Origin: an uncultured Verrucomicrobiota bacterium
GTDB taxonomy: Bacteria; Verrucomicrobiota; Kiritimatiellia; CAJWTS01
Direction: 5' to 3'
DNA: 64,000 nucleotides
Assembly: GCA_913047795.1 (NCBI GenBank)
Contig: CAJWTS010000006.1
Location: 19,363-83,362 of the forward strand
Part shown: positions 61,404-64,000 of the stretch, in pieces
Numbering within the stretch: the first letter of the stretch is position 1
Layout of the letters: each line of letters opens with the position of its first letter
The notes under the pieces: model-generated
Told to the model about the DNA's origin: nothing
Seen by the model: the letters and a program-made list of their open reading frames with translations, nothing else
Databases searched by the model: none
Program-made: the position numbers and the translations under genes

Positions 61404-61876
61404 TGTAGTGTCGGCCCCGCTCCGGTTACCACCATTGTCTCTCTCTCAATGCGTAATGAATCACCAGGTTCCCAAACGTAGCTGCGCCTGCTAAGGCGTG
61501 GAGCCCTGTCATGCCCATGTCAGACCGGTCTCGAGCGAAGCCCCGTGTCCCTCTCCCCGCCTCTCAACGGCAACCGAGTGCGGAAATTTGAGTCTGAGCG
61601 GCAAGAGATAAGATCATGTCCAGAGCGGGTCCGCTCACGCGCGGGATCAAATTACGCAATGCTTCCCGGCCTGTCCTCCTCTTGCGCAGCGAGGGCGTAG
61701 TAGGAACCCGATCCGTCCCCATCCAGTAGATCGTGCCAAACGCGGCCAACGGCTTCGTATTTTAAGGGCTGCCCCGTCAGGCGGACGGGCTGCGCAAGAA
61801 CCGGCGACCTGCACATGGTAATCGACACGCAGGCGGATATGCCGCATCGTGCGCCGCCGCATGAAAAGGAATACCC

Positions 61877-63649
61877 ATGTCATTTGAGGAATTTGGACTC
61901 TCGCCCGAGATCCTGGAGGCGATCGGCGCGATGGGCTTCGAGACGCCGACGCCCGTGCAGGCCGAGGTCATCCCGCGGCTGCTCAAGAACCGCGGCGACA
62001 TGGTTGCGTTGGCGCAGACGGGTACCGGCAAGACGGCCGCGTTCGGCTTGCCCATTCTCAACATGCTCAACCACGAGCTGCGGGCGCCCCAGGCCCTGGT
62101 GCTCTGTCCGACGCGCGAGCTCTGCGTCCAGATCACCCGCGACCTGGAGGCTTTCGCGGCCCGCACGCAGGGTGTACGCGTTGTGGCGGTCTATGGCGGC
62201 GCGTCCATTCAGGACCAGCTGCGGGCGCTGAACCGTGGCGTGCAGATTGTCGTCGCCACGCCCGGTCGCATGCACGACATCCTGCGCCGGGGCAAGGCGG
62301 ACCTGGGCGGCGTCGAGCGCGTGATCCTCGACGAGGCCGACGAGATGCTCAATATGGGGTTCCAGGAAGACCTCGAGGCCATTCTCGCCCAGACCCCCGG
62401 CACGGCACACACCCTGCTCTTCTCCGCCACCATGCCGCATCACGTCGCCACCATCGCCCGTAAGCACATGCACAACCCCGAGGAGATCACGGTTGGTCAC
62501 CGCAACGCCGGCGCCGAGACGGTGAGCCACGAGTGCTACGTTGTTCGTGAGCGCGATCGCTATGCTGCGCTGAAGCGGCTCGCCGACTACTACCCGGACA
62601 TGTACGGCATTGTTTTCTGCCGCACGCGGCTGGAAACCCAGGCGGTCGCTGACTGGCTGATTCGTGACGGCTATAATGTCGACTCGCTGCACGGAGACCT
62701 TTCCCAGTCCCAACGCGACATGGTGATGAAGAAGTTCCGCGCGCGGTCCCTGCAGCTTCTCGTCGCGACCGACGTGGCCGCGCGCGGGCTGGATGTCAAC
62801 GACCTGACGCACGTCATCAACTACAACCTGCCCGACGAACTGGGCGGTTACACCCACCGCAGCGGCCGAACCGGCCGCGCCGGCAAGAAGGGCGTCTCGA
62901 TCATCATCGTCAACATGCGGGAGAAGGGCCGCGCCCACCAGATCGAGCGGCTGACCAAGACTAAATTTACCTACCCCGAGGTCCCGACCGGCCGCGCCAT
63001 CTGCGAGGCGCAGCTGCTCAGTCACATCACGCGTATGAAATCGGTTGAACTCGATCACAAGCAGATCGATCCCTTCCTGCCCGAGATCTACGAGGCGCTC
63101 GAGGGCATGGACTGGAAAGAGCTGATCAAGCGCTTTGTCTCGCTCGAGTTCGAGATTCTCCTCAAGTACTACCGCGGCACCGAGGATCTACGTCCGGGCG
63201 GGGACGATGGGCGCCCGCCTGTGCGGGACGGCCATTCGCGCCGCGAGCGCTCATCGGGCCCGGGCCGCCGTGACGCGCCCGCGGGTGCCCGGCTGGCTGT
63301 CAACATCGGCAGCGCGGACGGACTGAACCCCCGTAAACTCACTGGCTGGATCAGCCGCGCGGGCGGACACAACGTGCGCGTCGGCCGCATCGAGATTATG
63401 GAGCATCGCGCCCTCTTCGAGGTCCCGGTCAAGGATGCCCGCGCGCTGGCGCGGGCCCTGGACAAGAACCCCTTCGACGGCCGCGCCGTGCGCGTCGAAG
63501 ACGCCGGTGCCGACCGCGGACAAAAGCCGTCGGGCCGCCCGCCGCGCGGCAAGCCCGCGTTCAAGCGAAAATCTGCCGCCAGGGGCAAGTCCAAAGGCAA
63601 GCCCGCCGCCAAGGGTAAGTCCCAGCGTGCCGGGCCCGCGGGGGAGTAG
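61877..63649 (+). CDS. deaD: DEAD-box ATP-dependent RNA helicase (DeaD/CsdA-like) with C-terminal DbpA-type RNA-binding domain and Arg/Gly/Lys-rich tail
   Basis: AQTGTGKT, PTRELC, DEAD, SAT, HRSGRTGRAG. Confidence 0.9.
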   Translation: MSFEEFGLSPEILEAIGAMGFETPTPVQAEVIPRLLKNRGDMVALAQTGTGKTAAFGLPILNMLNHELRAPQALVLCPTRELCVQITRDLEAFAARTQGVRVVAVYGGASIQDQLRALNRGVQIVVATPGRMHDILRRGKADLGGVERVILDEADEMLNMGFQEDLEAILAQTPGTAHTLLFSATMPHHVATIARKHMHNPEEITVGHRNAGAETVSHECYVVRERDRYAALKRLADYYPDMYGIVFCRTRLETQAVADWLIRDGYNVDSLHGDLSQSQRDMVMKKFRARSLQLLVATDVAARGLDVNDLTHVINYNLPDELGGYTHRSGRTGRAGKKGVSIIIVNMREKGRAHQIERLTKTKFTYPEVPTGRAICEAQLLSHITRMKSVELDHKQIDPFLPEIYEALEGMDWKELIKRFVSLEFEILLKYYRGTEDLRPGGDDGRPPVRDGHSRRERSSGPGRRDAPAGARLAVNIGSADGLNPRKLTGWISRAGGHNVRVGRIEIMEHRALFEVPVKDARALARALDKNPFDGRAVRVEDAGADRGQKPSGRPPRGKPAFKRKSAARGKSKGKPAAKGKSQRAGPAGE

Positions 63650-63742
63650 GACAGTCGCGCATCCGATGTCCCGAACCCCCGCATGAATTCGTTACCTTTT
63701 TTGGCCCAGATGCCTTAATCGATATCGCGACCTGAAGCAGCC

Positions 63743-64000
63743 ATGCCGTCTCCACCCGAAGAGCTACGCGTCGAAGGCCTTCAGCCGACCGTTTTCTTGC
63801 GCTCCGCCGGGAACGACCGGCTTGAGCAGCAGGCAGCACTACAGCTGACCGCGCCCGCAGCCGTCAACGGACTGATCGTCCGGGCCTCGGCGGAAGGCAA
63901 CACCGTCACAACCGTTCTCGAGCCCGTCCCGGAGGGAACGTCGACACAACCGATCTATCTTCCGGAGCTGAGCCGCGACGGCACAATCGAGCTGGAACTG
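63743..64000 (+). CDS. 5' part of an ORF running off the window end (hypothetical)
   Basis: ATG at 63743, open through 64000 (MPSPPEELRVEGLQPTVFLRSAG...). Confidence 0.3.
   Translation, partial: MPSPPEELRVEGLQPTVFLRSAGNDRLEQQAALQLTAPAAVNGLIVRASAEGNTVTTVLEPVPEGTSTQPIYLPELSRDGTIELEL

Noticed and set aside
61880-63058. 392-aa minus-strand ORF antisense to deaD
   Set aside because: deaD motifs are unambiguous on the plus strand.

Overview
High-GC (about 62-65%) chromosomal segment from a diderm bacterium (OM beta-barrel/TPR exporter, ExbB/ExbD, BamB-like PQQ propeller); phylum not determinable from sequence alone. Gene content is mostly housekeeping and envelope functions. I found no rRNA, tRNA, CRISPR array or obvious transposase. 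Identified housekeeping genes: dnaK-groES-groEL contiguous on the minus strand, rpoZ, smpB, tatA, nadE, fmt, aroB, typA/bipA, a compact type IIA topoisomerase B/A pair (parE/parC-like), slyD, gpx, an E1 alpha/beta 2-oxo-acid dehydrogenase pair plus a Zn-ADH, panD and deaD. The most interesting region is 231-10636. It is a tightly packed five-gene plus-strand operon that reads as a self-contained, c-di-GMP-gated exopolysaccharide secretion system of the E. coli Nfr (phage N4 receptor) type. Gene order: a GT2 glycosyltransferase with two C-terminal MshEN (c-di-GMP-binding) domains, then a TPR plus beta-barrel OM exporter, then a periplasmic hydrolase-like protein, then a dedicated REC-GAF-GGDEF-REC-HD-GYP enzyme, then UDP-GlcNAc 2-epimerase (wecB). 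Other notable points: a perfect 50-bp direct repeat (the 3' end of a PhyH-family dioxygenase gene) brackets the parE-parC pair; two tandem paralogous beta-helix proteins, the first with its signal peptide in a different frame; a second out-of-frame signal peptide in front of another PhyH paralog; and an 881-aa membrane-anchored protein translationally coupled to ExbB/ExbD where TonB would be expected. Many long antisense ORFs in the six-frame track are GC-driven artefacts and were rejected.
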